Of a stretch of DNA of 64,000 bases, positions 24,101 through 39,100 are shown in pieces. Both the position numbers and the translations under genes were made by a program. Under the pieces are notes generated by a model. It worked only from the letters and a program-made list of their open reading frames with translations, did not search any database and was not told the origin of the DNA. How positions within the stretch are numbered: position 1 is the first letter of the stretch; every line of letters begins with the position of its first letter. Source of the DNA: Proteromonas lacertae (taxonomy: Eukaryota); contig NGBS01000300.1 of assembly GCA_002245135.1 (NCBI GenBank), positions 62,001-126,000 of the forward strand, read 5' to 3'.

Positions 24101-27100
24101 TTTAGCTCTCATGCTCATAGCTGATTCTTTTGACTTTAAATCCACTTTAATCATATTAATCTTATGGGATGTTTCGTTATAGATATAATACTTCATGTAG
24201 AAATGAGATTGTGAATTTAAGGAGGTTAATGAGAGTAATATTTGATGATGAACTGAATTTGTAACATTTTCACTGATTATTATGTTATATTTAATACTCT
24301 TATCTTCATCTTCTACATCATTTTCTTGGTTGATTAAATTATTCCATTTTATATGTAATAAATGTTCTTTACTGTATGGATTTATATCTGTATAAGAAGT
24401 AACATCAATCTTATATTTGGATAATACTTTATTTGTTGGTTTAAGTGTAATATATTCAGGTAATGAATTAACACTATTGCTTACACCATAAGCAGTATGT
24501 GTTGTAATTCTGAAGTAATAATTGATATTATATTTCAACTGTATTCTTAAATGATATTCTTTCAAATTTGGACTATATCTATTCGGATAAACAACAGTCT
24601 CATTATTTATATAGAATTTATCTTCAATTACATTCTTACTAAATGTACTGTATATACTGTATTGTATAATATAATAATCTATAGCTGATCCACCTGTCTT
24701 TATTGCTTCACTCCATTTCAACTCGATTATATTATTATAATATTGTTCAACAGTGAAATGTAATGGATTGGATGGAATAGTATTCTTTGGAATAACTCCT
24801 TTCTTACAATAACTCCAATTGATTTTATTATTTTCATCTTCTTCATTGTCATTGTCATATTCAATATCATTAATTGCTACAATTCTTGCAAAATATACTT
24901 CATTCTCTGCTAATCCATTGATTATATAACTATATCTTGTTGTTGATATTATACTTCCGTCTTCTTCTATTTCTTCTTCTAATACATTCAAATTCTCTAC
25001 TTTAACTATAATATCAGTGTATAGTTTTGTAAATTGGTCATTCTCACTGAGTTGTATATGATAACTGATAATTTCACTTCCTCCATCACTTATTGGTTTA
25101 TTCCACTGTAATTCTAATGAATTTATTGTATCATATTCGAATTCTACATTTAAACATTTACTTGGTATTTCAGCTGGTATAAACAATGACTTTAAGTATT
25201 TTGGTTCACTCTTTCCTGCTTTATTCTCACTTTGAATTGAGATACTATATTCAATTCCACTCTCTAAAGTATCTATAACAATACAACCATCACAATCATT
25301 AGAATATATTCTAAAATCACAATTCTCAACATCATTCTTGATTATTTCAAAACTATTCAATTTTGTATTATCTGTCAATTTAGTCATTGTGAATTTCAAT
25401 TTGTATGTATTTACAATTTGTACATCATAATTACCAGGTATTGTTGGTAGAATATTTCTAACATTGGTATGTTTACATTTCACTATATTCTCATTTATTA
25501 AATCATAACAGAATAAATTACCAGTTATATATATCTCTAATATTTCATCATCATCTTTATTATTATTATTTACATTTCTTTCTTCACTGTTATTATCATT
25601 TTCATTATCTTTTCTTGTTTTTAATGTATTTATTGTATTAATGATCTTTTCATCTGTTATTTTAATTGTAGCAGTAGTTTCTATAAAATCTTCATTTTCA
25701 TTATCTTTAATTTCTATTTTACCAATTGTATAATAGTTAGTTATTTCTTTTTCTATGAATATATTCTGAATTGATTTGAATGATTCTAGTTTTTGTCTCA
25801 ATTCATTAATTTTTATAGAATATGATATATCAATAGTTTCATTACCATATTTCAACTTATACATTCCATTTCTATTACAATACACATCTTCATCATTCTT
25901 CATATAGAATTCAATATATTGTATGTAATTAATATAATAATAATTATCAAATATATATTCCTTTCTTACTCTATTAACTGTAGAGTAATTGATAATATAT
26001 TTATCAATTATATTTCCATATGTATTAATTGGTGATTTATAACTTAATCTAATTGAATTTGAATTTCTTGTACTACTTGGATAAATATCAAATATTTCTA
26101 TATTTACATTATTTCCTTCTAAATATTGATAAGTAATCTTTAACAAACTATTATCTGATGTTGGTAAATAATCAATAAATGTAATATACCATTTATATAA
26201 ATTCAAATCATATTCTTCTCTTCTAACTTCCACTTTGTTTATTCCATGTAATCTTTTTAATTCATTCTTCATTGTTCATTTCATCAACATTATACTCTAA
26301 TGAACCAGTTACATAATTTTCATAACCCAATAAGAATGTTCCAGAAATCTTCTTATTATTCAATTCATCCATCTTTACAGTAGTAATTTGAAGATTTTCA
26401 ACATGTTTCATTTTCAAATCATAAGGTTTAACGGTTATTAAATTATGTGGATCATTTTCAGTGTAATAACTTATTATCCAATAAGAACTGTTTATTGTAT
26501 CTGTATAAACAATATCAACATCCACTATTTGATGTAAAGATCCTTCAAAACAGTTTATTAAATCATCTTTATTTTCTATTGGATAATCAATTATACATTC
26601 ATAATTGTCCTGTAATATTTGTAACTTTCCACTTATTAAATTTCCTCTCTTTGATATATAAGTCATACATTTATTATTGGTATTATTAACTTGACATTGT
26701 ATTAGATTATTATGTCTGGATAAATAGGTAATTGTCCAGAATGAATTAAATGGATCTTCAGGTTCATCTTTTATTACATATATTTCTCCAATTAATGGAA
26801 CTTGAGAGAGGATTTCTGTGAAATTACTTATTGATAATTCATTAAATTGTTGTTTTTCTTTATCATTATCATCTTCTCTTGTATTTATTGGTTTTGGTTG
26901 GATTATTTCTATCTTTGTTTTTTCTTTATCATAATTTCCACTACATCCTGTTATATCTGTAATATTTACATTTTCTATTGAATTATCGTCTTTTCCTGAT
27001 AAATCAATAGAAATAATATAATAATTTTCTCCAACCTCTTCATACACATTACCATAAGTTGTTAAGTTATTTCTATAATCATCAAAGTTATGAATACCTA

Positions 27101-30100
27101 AACACAATTCATTTTTATTTAATTTCAATCCAATACTTCCAGTTGGTAATTCTTCATTATTCTTTCCATAAATTTCAATCTTTATTTGTTTACTTATTTA
27201 ATTTAAACTCCTTTTCATCACCATTATAATCTCTTATTCTATATGACAATGTTGATGGTTTAATTGGTTTACTATCTGTAGAGAATAAATGAACTACTTG
27301 AATTTCTGGTACAAATTCAAGCTGTTATATTCACCAAATGTTGATCTAATGTAAACTTACTAGAAGTAATCAACATTTGCACTGGAGATTCATTCTTTGT
27401 ACGTCTACCAGTAAACTCACTTGGTGGTAATGGAAGGTTTACTGGTTTTTCACATATTGGTTCTGAATAATTACCAATGAATTTCTTTCCACTAGAACTT
27501 TCACTAACAGCTAATACTCTTACACAATAATATGTATTTGGATCTAAATCAGAAACAACTGTATAATTTGGTGTATAACCATGAACAATCTTTTCCACTA
27601 ATGGATAAATCATTTTTCCATCATATTGAATCAACGGTTCTATTAATGATATATCATCAATTACATTTAAGAATTTCATTTGATATTTCTTTCCAGTTTC
27701 TTTAAACACTTTCAAATTATTGTATTTATTACCTGCATATGATGGTACTATAGTAAAAGTATTATCTTCATCATTTATGGATTTAACTGTATAAGTTGGT
27801 ATTTCAATATATACTGGAGAATTTACTGTTATTAATGGACAAGTTGTTCTATCAATTACATTGTTTGTACCTATATCTCCACTAAATTCACTCCATTCAA
27901 CTTCACCAGCATCTTTTACTTCATCTCCACTACAATCATTTTCTGTAAAGAATTTAACTGTATCTTTTGTAATTTTTCCTTCACATTTACTATCAACACT
28001 ATTCTTACCATAACATTTTATATCTCTGTAATACACTGTATATTTAATACTATCATTTACTTGTTTCATTTCAACATGAATATTGATATTAGTTATATTG
28101 ATAAACATAGAATCAAGATCAGATTCTGTATCATTTATCATCATACATTCACCATCTATTTTATAACTTTTGACTTCATTATTAACTGTGAATGAAATCT
28201 GTAAAGTTCCAATTGGACAAATATCTGATATTTCTAACTGATTAATTCTACTATCATCACTACTATCATCTTCTTCTTCCTGTAATACTCTTCTATTCTT
28301 CTCATATTCTTTTTCTAATGAAATACATCGTTGTAAGAATAGTATGTTCTTGTTTATTGATAATGGATATTTACTTGTTATATTTATATACTGTATTGTC
28401 TTATTATCATCTATATCATACTTATAACTATAATAATCATGATTTAATAAATGATTAAATCTTTCATTTGTATTTTTATTGGATTTTGATGGCATTTCCA
28501 TACAACCTGTTTCTCTACCATCATAGAGTACATTATACTGTGATTTTTCTATTAAACTTAAATACACAGATATTTGTGTTTCATATGTGGATAATATTTT
28601 AACATTATTACATACTAATATAGAGAAATCATTTATATTTATATAATCTTTGATATTTTGATTTACACAATATATTGTATTATTATTATAATATAACAAA
28701 GTATTCTCTGGTAATATATTGTAGATTGTATTTAAACTATTCTTATTGGTTGATAATTCTGGTACAAAACAATCAGTTTGTTTATTTCCATTAGTCATTG
28801 AGATTGGAGATTTATTATTGATTGGTAATATCATCTTATATGTTGGTATATATTCATATTCATAATAGTTATTGTAATAATTATCACTACTTAATATATT
28901 TAATGAATAATAGACAAAATCAACAGTTATATTCTCATTACCACTAGTTTCATTATTAACTGTAATATAATAAACTCTATTCATTTCATCTTTATAAATT
29001 ACATCGAAATAATCTGTGAATAATTCCAACATTTCATTTATAGAAGTAATTTCTGTTAATAATGTGTTATTATATTGAAATCTTAAAGATGTTTCATTCA
29101 CTGGTAAATGTAATATATAATAATCACTGCCATTATTATAACTCTTCATATCTATTACATCATAATTGATTATATCATTCTCCATTTCTATTTCTAATTT
29201 ATTCACATCAAAACATGTGGAATTACAGTCAATATCTAATGTTATTGTTAATGTTTCACTCTCTTTATTATATTCTGTTAATATATTTGCTATATGTGAT
29301 GATAATTCATATAAATCATCATAATTATTATCTTCAATACTATACTCAACAGTAATATTCATATCATCAATCTTATAAGTTATATTCAATTCATTTTCAT
29401 ATTCCATTTGAGTGATGTTGATTTGATATAAATATTGATGTTCATATATTTCAAAGTCTGATTTAATACATGAATCAATTGTGAAATATAAATTAAACTC
29501 TTCTTCATCAACTACTTTATCATATAAATATATGGTAATATCTGGTTGGTATCTCATTAAATATGGTTCAGTATAATTATATATAATCTCATGATAATCT
29601 GATAGATTATTCTCTATTAATATCTTATCAATAACATCGATTATTTCAACAGTATCATTTATGGATATACATTTTGAACTTGTTGAGTTATATCTCAATG
29701 AGATCATATCATTCACTAGCATATTATTGATGTTAATCTGTTGAATTGTTGTATATTCTAATTCTCTATTAGAACAATCATATATATGAATATTATCTTT
29801 TATTGCCTTTAATATTGTTTCATTGAAATAATGAGTATCTTTTAATATGATTGTATATGTTACTTTATCTAATTCATCTTCTTTATTTCCATCACTTTCT
29901 GTGGATAATTCTTCACTTTCAGTATATTCAAAATTGATTGATATATCAATATTTGTATTGTTAAATAATATTGAATATACTTTACCATATACTTCTGTTA
30001 AATCTTTATAATCAATAAAACAACCAGTATCTTTCTCATACAATTTCATACCAATTGAACCACCTAATTCTAAATCAGATACTGTAAATGTAACTTTTAT

Positions 30101-33100
30101 ATCAGGTGTAAATGTATTAGATACATAATATTTTCCACCATTTATTTCCACTATATTTAGATTTGGTAATATATCACCTATAAAATCTCTATAATTTGGA
30201 TCTAAATAAACAGTTAAACCTTCATTTCTACTTGTATTGGATATTAGTTTTCTAGTTTCACCTAATTCTTGTTCTATTTCATCATTATTATTATCTTCCA
30301 ATTCTCTATTAATATCACTATTACCTTCATCTATTAAGATTTGACTTCCTGGACTTAATATTGATGATAATTTAATATCACTATTAACATTCTTTACTAT
30401 TTTACTTCCTTTACCAACATTTACTCTTAGATTTGGTATAGATAACATTACAGTGTTTAATTCATTCAATATATATGGATTTAGTGTAGTAATGTCATTC
30501 AATGCACTTTCAATAAAATCAACTCCATACATATCAATAGCATATTCACCACTGTCAATACCTTCGTATTTGATACTGAATAAATCATTTGTATTAAATT
30601 CTTTACTACATTTTGATATATCTCTAGGTGTAACTGTAGTATAGTTATTATTATTACCTTTTGAATCAATTACTTGCAGTGTATTTGATGGACTATAAGT
30701 ACAACTACCAATTGGATAACTTGCTTTATGTGAAATAGGATTTTCATGTTGTTTTATATACATTCTAATCTTTATTCCTCCACTTAAATTGTGTATAATG
30801 TTTGTATTATTCCAACCATCACCAATTTCACTTATTTCAATATATACTTTATATGTTCTATTATAGAATCTATTCATGAAATTTTCACTTATTTTATTGA
30901 ATGACATTGAATGTAAATCAACTATATCATTTTCCACATCTGTTGTATTGATTATTTCATTATTTAATATCAATTTCAAATCACCTATTAATCCATTATT
31001 ATACGAATCATATTCTTCATTATTTATCACTTTTACTATCTCTCTATTACTATAACTATTATAATTAACTATCTTTTCTTTTGATTTGACTAAATATTCA
31101 ACATCTTCATCATCATTATTATCATTTCTTATATCATAATAAGTATTGTCTTTTGGATAAGATAATTTACTTTCATCTATTTCAATATCAAAATTAGCTA
31201 TTGCTCTTGGTCTATAAACATTATTATTTATAAATGTAAACTGATAAGTATTTAATCCATAAATATTATTATATTTCTTAACTCCAATGTTGTTTATAAA
31301 CTTACATTTATTGTAGATAACTTCTCTTATTGATTCTGTTGTACTTAATTCATTATCTATTGTAAATCTACAACAATATTTATCAGCTTCTTCTTCAATT
31401 GATGATTTAATCTTCACATCAAATCTACCAGATATTGCAGTTCCATCTCTTGTAAGATTTGTATTGATATTTACATCATAATTCAACATATAAGTTGAAA
31501 CATATAGAACAGTTTTATCTGATTTTATACTTCCCATTCTATTACCAACATCATCAGATATGAAAGTAATTAAATATTTCATTGAACCTGTATTTATATC
31601 AACTGTTCTATTAACAGATACTTCACCAATATTCTTCAATTTTTCTAATACATTTCTCATTTCTACATCATTGATAGAATAATCTATTGGATTAGTTGAG
31701 AATATATCTTTTGTATTACATCTTTGACATTCTGTTGTATCAAATGTTAATATATAACTACCACTGATTGGATTAAAACCAGTATTTGTATAACTAATAT
31801 CAATTGAATCATTATATCTTATAACATTTCCATTCTCTGTATTATATTTTGGACCATAACTAATTGATGGAGTGTAAGAATATAATTTCGTTAATGGACC
31901 ATAATATGTTTCATTTGTTTCTTCATTTATTATCATTTTATCATTGCCAAATGAAATATTCCATGTTGATATATGCAATGCTTTTTCTATATCATTTTGA
32001 TTTAATTTCTTAACTGTAAAGGTATTTTCTATTCCTTCTACTTTATATAACTTTCCTAAACTTTCTTTTATTTCCTCTTCAGTTGAATCTACATTGAATT
32101 CCACAATATTTGATATATCATCAGGTAAATAAAGTGCAAATGAATCACTAAATATTGATCCATAGATTGTATGAATTTCTATATTTCCATTGTATGTTAT
32201 TTCTACATCATTTGTTACTGATTCTATTGGTACAACACTTCCAGCTAATTCATTACATATATATTCTATGTTAATTGTCATTCCACCATTACTGAAATAT
32301 TTATTACCTTTTGTTATATTTATACAACTAGTATTTACAAATAATTTATTCAATTCTGTTTGTATTTCATTTATCATATTATCTACATTACTATAATTAT
32401 AAGTAATAGCATTAGTCTTTTTATCTTCATACTTCAATTTGAATTTTCCATCTAATTCAACCCCTGGATTAATAACTATCATTTCTACATTACAACTATC
32501 ACTTGTCACATTCTTTATTAATTCATATTTACCAATAAATGTAGAATATGTTATATTCAATACAAACTCACCGCTGTATATTGAACCTGTTTGATATACA
32601 TCATATCCATATTCAAATTCACACTTCTTTTCAAAACACTTATTATCATCACATGATAATTTCTGTAATTGTTTCTTTGTTTCTTCATCTAATCCTTCAA
32701 TATGCCATCCACTTCTACCTGAATATGTTGGTATTGTAATATTAACCATTGAACCATCAGTCATTTCAAAGCTAATAACAAAACTGTTCAAAAATTCACC
32801 TTCCTCTAATATAGTTATTTCGTTTTTTATATTTTCAACTACTTCTTCTTTTTCTTTATCATTCAATTGATTATTATTACTAATAATTCTAATAGTTGGT
32901 GTTGGGATAATTCCTTCCAAGTGATTATATTTAATTGTATATTTTCTACCATTTCCATTAATTGTTGGAACAATTGTTATTTCTGTATTATTCAGATTAA
33001 ATTTGTTATTAAAAACTCTTTGTAATGTTCTATAGTCTGTACTTAATTGATAATTCAATATTATATCTCTTTCTAATATATCAGTTGTAATAAATCCATT

Positions 33101-36100
33101 CATTGGATATCTTAACTCAATATCTACAGTATCAGTATCTCTAATTACACTTGCAGATTGTATCTTCTTTATTGATTTGGCAACACTTGTTGTTAATTCA
33201 AAATCACCAAGTCTTGAGTCAAATTCACATGTTAATACTGCACTTCCTGAAGTACAATTGATTAAATCATATGGTGAAGATGCTAAGAATGATGGTAATC
33301 CACCAAATAAAACTCTAAAATCATCCTTTAATTCATCAGCTTTTGGATTGTTCAACTACATTTGTTGTATTAATGAATATTTTAAAATCTCTATCAGGAG
33401 AATATTCAAAATCACCATCATAATAATTAACAGTATATTTAATAAACTGAATTCTCATATTACCTACTGGATTAAACTCATATTTCACACCTTTATTCAC
33501 TTTTGGTTCTATAACAATATCTTGAATAGGTGTAGTTGATGGTAATGTGAATATAAACTTTTGTTTTGTTGGATTTCTTTCACCATCAAATGTGATGATT
33601 GATTTTTGATTATGTCTATCTTCTTCAGCATTTCCTATTTGTATTGTCATTACTGTTTCTTTTACATTCATTTGGAGGAGTTTCTAATTCTATAATTGCA
33701 TCTTGTTCAGTTATTTTATCAGGTAATTGTAATGTCAAATTAGTGATTCTTGTATTAACTGGAACTTCTAATGTATAATCAACAATTTCTAAATCAACCT
33801 TCGGATTAGATATTTCCATCATTTGTATATCATTCTTTGTATATAATGTCTCATTACCCATTACCTTCTCAAATGATTCATCATCTGACCATTGCACATG
33901 GAATTCTGTAATTGTATTTCCACCATCACCATATGGTTTATCCCAAGTTACTAATAAAGATGTTGTATCAGTTGAATTTATTGGATAAACTTTTACATTC
34001 GTTGGTTGAGTTGGAGCAAATGTTTCTTCGAAATTCAACTCTACCATTATTGATTTTGAATATAAACTTGATCCTAATATATTTCTAGCTTTCATTCTTA
34101 TATATAATGGATTATCAAATGGTTGTATTGCTGTTGTATTTAATACATAGGAATAAGTAACATCTCCTGTTTCTGGATCTGTGATTGATGTAATTGATGA
34201 AGTATCATATATTGATGTTGTTCTGGATGGAATAAACGATGATACTCCAGAATATTCTATTAAATATTCCAATATTCTACTACCACCATCACCAGCAAAA
34301 TCTAATTTCCAACTCAATAATATATTGATCTTTGATAAAGCTAATGATGTTAATTCAGTTGGTGGTCTTGGAACTGTATTTTGAGGTCTTACACCAATGA
34401 AATTTGTTGGATTACTCATTCCTAAATCATTTGCAGCGGTTAATCTGATCTTGTATAATCTATCAGTTGAATCTGGTAGTGTAACTGTTATAATGAAAAT
34501 ATAATATCCCATTTCATCTATTTCTGATTCATTAAGATAATAGAACTTATAGCCTCTTTCTTCTACTATTTCTTCTTCATTATCTTGTGTATTTCTTCTG
34601 TTATTATTCTTGATTTTATGTAAACTATCATCAAACAAACTTGTAGTCCATTCAATTAAATAATATATAATTGGAGAACCACCAGTATCAGTAGTTTCTT
34701 TCCATTTAATATGTATCAATTTTGAACTTAATGATGTTACTATTATAGTTGATGGTGGCTTTGGAACAGTATGCGGAATAATAGTATATGGTGTTGAATA
34801 TGTATATGGTCCATTGTCAATAGCATTTGTTACATATATTAAGAAAGCGTATTCCTTTTCATTCTCCAAGTCTGCTATTGGAATTGTTACTATGCTATTG
34901 TCTTCATTATTATCAATATCTTTTAATTTATCTATTTCTTCTCTTGTATATATTGCTTTATGTAAACAACCTTTCTTCTTATTATCATCATAATAATCCC
35001 AAGTATTTTCTTGTACTTTAGTAATCAATATTCTAGCATTTGGACCTATCAAATGATTTGCTTTTTGTTCTAACAATTTCATTGGAGAGTGATTATTAAT
35101 GAATTTAATATCATATGTATAACCATATCCATTTTCAGTCTTTGTTACTATTGGTTTTGTTATTCCTCTTAATAATGATAAATGATAATGCAATCTTTCT
35201 TCACTGATATTATAATTCATTTGAACTGTACAATCATAAGAGAATGATGTATCATAACATAAAGAAAATGTTCCATTGAGTGGATAAATACCATTTTGAA
35301 TTGATTTTACAGTGACGAATTCTGGTGGATAAGCATATAATAGTGGATAATCGATTATTGGATGTTGAATATTTACATTACATACTATATTTTCAGTACA
35401 TTCTACTTCTACACTGTAAATAGTAGAGAATAATTCCAATGCTGATTTAATATCTGCTGCTAATTTTTCTAAATTATCTTTATCAACAATAATTGCATCA
35501 GTCAATTCTTCATACAACTGTAATTGAATTACTTGAATAAATGGATTTATTGTAATTTCTTGTTTTTCAGTATATAATTTGTCATTAACTAATATATTTG
35601 CACCAACAATGTTAATTCTTTGAATCTCAAATTCTGCTTCTGAACAATTATCTGAATTAGGTTGATAATATTCAATAACATAATTATTAATCTCATTTCC
35701 ACCATTATTAACACTATTCATATCAAATGTAACATTTATAGCAGTTCCATTTGCGATTGTTGCATTTAATTCAGCAACTTCTGATGGTTCAGCACTCATA
35801 TAAATACTTACAATTGAACTGAAATTACTATAACCTAATGAATTCTTTGCACTCATTCTGCAGTAATACATTCCATTATGGAAATCATCACTTATTACTT
35901 CTAATATATCTGAACCATATATTGCCATTGATACTCTGATTCCTTCACTGTTTGTAAAGATAAGTGGTAATATTTCACCTAAACCAATTTCTTTAGTTAT
36001 TGATACTGTATGTGTCAGTCTTACAGCATATGTATTATTTTCTCTTCTCATCACTGTTGATTGGAATATTGATGGTAATGTCAATAACATTTCTTCTAAT

Positions 36101-39100
36101 TTCTTCATATTTTCTTCATCTCGATTATAAGTTAAATCAAATTCTCTAGTTTCATATCCTTCATAATACAAACTTGTAGTATATGTTTTTTCATTTCCTT
36201 CATAATCTTTAGCTACGTCTAATTTTATTGTCTGTACAGATTCAACATAATCACCAGACACAATTGGACATACACCTTCCTGTAATCTATAAACATTAAT
36301 AAACGAAGATGAAAAAGGAGTTTTAGTTTCAACTTCAATTAAACCTAATTTTCCACACATATTATTGAATGTTATATTATATATAAACTTATCTTCAACA
36401 ATTGTTAATGTAACATTCAATCCAACCAAATCTTGATCATCTTCATCTATATCAGTATGTAATCTTAAATCATCAACTAATGTCATTATATTCTTATTCA
36501 TTTCAATTGCACTAACACCAACTTGAGTTTCTACTTCAATTCCACCCCATCTTAATATAATTTCTGTTTGGTTCTTCAGATTTGTTTCAATTACTTGAAT
36601 TTCTGGTTTTCTTCTTACTATCTTAATAACTCTTTCAGATTCTCTATTAAATGTAATATCTGGACTACATTCTATTCTGTATAATATAATATCACTTCCA
36701 CCATTACTCATTGGTTCATTATATATAAACTCTATTTCATCATTACTGTTATGATTGTCTAATATAAGATCAGGTGGTAAAGGTAATTGTTCAGTAAACA
36801 TTACATTATGAATTGTGGAAGGTAAACTATAACCAAAATCATTATTAAATGAATATAATTTCAATACATATGGAACATTTGATTTTAGACTAGGATGATC
36901 ATTTGTTGTGATATAATTACTATAAGTTATAAAACTATATGGTTTTTGTATTTTCACTCTCAAACCACTAGCTCCATATAATTGTGGTATAATATTGATT
37001 TGATTTATATCAAACCTATTTGACTTGAATAACATTTGTATTCTTGAACCATAATATCTGATTATTGAAGGTTCTACAATCAATCCTTCTTCTATTGGAA
37101 CTTCAAACATATCACCTGTTGATTCTAATCGTAATACTTTAATAATCACTTTTGTATCATTTATAGCAACTACTTCAAATTGAATATTATTTATCAATAT
37201 CTTAACAAATATTGTAATATCTCTATTCACTTTATTACTATATAATTCATAAATATCTGTTTCATTCTTATAGTGTTTTAATCTCCATATTCCTGGTAAT
37301 ACTTCATAAGGGAAATCTGTAAATATTGTCACATTACCAACACTAGAAATACCACTAAATAATGAATATAGTTCTTCTTTTAATATATTATAATTTCTTG
37401 TATATTCAATCACTCTTTCATTTCTATTATTCACATTTACAGTTATATTACCATAAATATCTTTACTAAATGCAGTAATTGTGATAAATATTGATCTATA
37501 TATTTGAACATCACTATTTAACACAGATGTATTAACATGGAATGAGATTAATGGATCTATAATACGACTGAATGTAACATCCCATAAATTGAATTTATCA
37601 TAAGATTTATATTCAACTGAAACATCTGTATCTAAATTCATATCTTTTAATTGTTTTTTAAATGAATTCTCCATCTCATAAGCTGTGAAATTAGGTAATA
37701 TATCATTCAATGATTGTTCATTATTAATTATTAATTTATAATTACCTTTTACATCTTCTAGATTTCTTGGAATTACTATTGAATAAGTAACATAATGATC
37801 TAAACAATCACCATTTGTCATACCATTATCTGTATAAACAACACAATTTGGATAATTCATTAAATTGTATGTTACATATGGAGATGGTAATTCTGAATAA
37901 TCCATATTATATTCTACTAATATTTTCTCAATATCATATTCTACTACTTCTATTTCGTTAATTGTATAAGCAACTTCACATGTGAAATTAAATATCCATT
38001 CAATCGTATAATTCTCAGTATAAACTATTGATACACTTATATTGATTATATGAGGTAATGAATTCAGTGATAATTCAATCATTTCAACTGTTGATTCATT
38101 TAATGTTAAATAATAAGTCATTTCATCACCATATTTTAATCTCAAATTACCTCTTGGATAATCATTAGCAAAATACAATGATTTAAATGTAATTGTTTCT
38201 ATTGTATTATAACTATTATTGGTGTTATTATTATCTTCTGGATATATTTCTACTCTATATTCAGTAATTGGTATTTTCTGATTCACATCTGTACCATTCC
38301 ATTTAATCAATAATTCAGTGTCAGAATAACATTTCCATTCAATATTCTTTGGTTCTTCTGGTTTCTTATTTACTATCATTTTCACTGGTAATATTCCTTC
38401 ACCATATTCTTGAATTGTTTCTGTTGAATTACTATAATCATTTTCTTTATTTATTGAATATGCAGTTACATATACTTCTTGTTCAAGCTCTAAGTTTGTC
38501 AATCTTCCTGTCAATTGAGGTAAATGACCAGTTCTTTCTTCTGAAACGGTACAATTTATATTATCTGATAAAGCTTGACATATCAAACTATCTACATCAC
38601 CTAAATTATCAATAAATGTCAATTGCATTGTCCAACCAAATTTATTAGTTGTATTCTCATTAATTAATTCAGAATTCAAATGTCCAATCATTTCAAAGTT
38701 CTCTAATGCGCTTACTAATTCTCCTAAATCATTCTCTATATTAAATATCACATATTCATTTTTATAACTAATATTCACTTCACCAGTAAAGTTTTCAAAT
38801 GAATTGCTGTATATATAAATATACTGTATTTCATCAATACTTTCATTTAATAATATTGATTCTTGATAATGATTGACATTATTACCATATTCTACTACTT
38901 CTAATTCCAATAAATGTGATTTTGAAGATGAATGAATAAACAATAAATCATTGGTAATTTCATGGAAATAAGATGTAAATGTAATGTAAAATTCTTTATT
39001 TGTTATTCCGCTAAATGCTTCAACTTCTATTGAACCAATTCCACTTAAATTTTCTAATGTCTTTTTGATTTGTTCTACAGTTGAACTTAGATATAATCTA

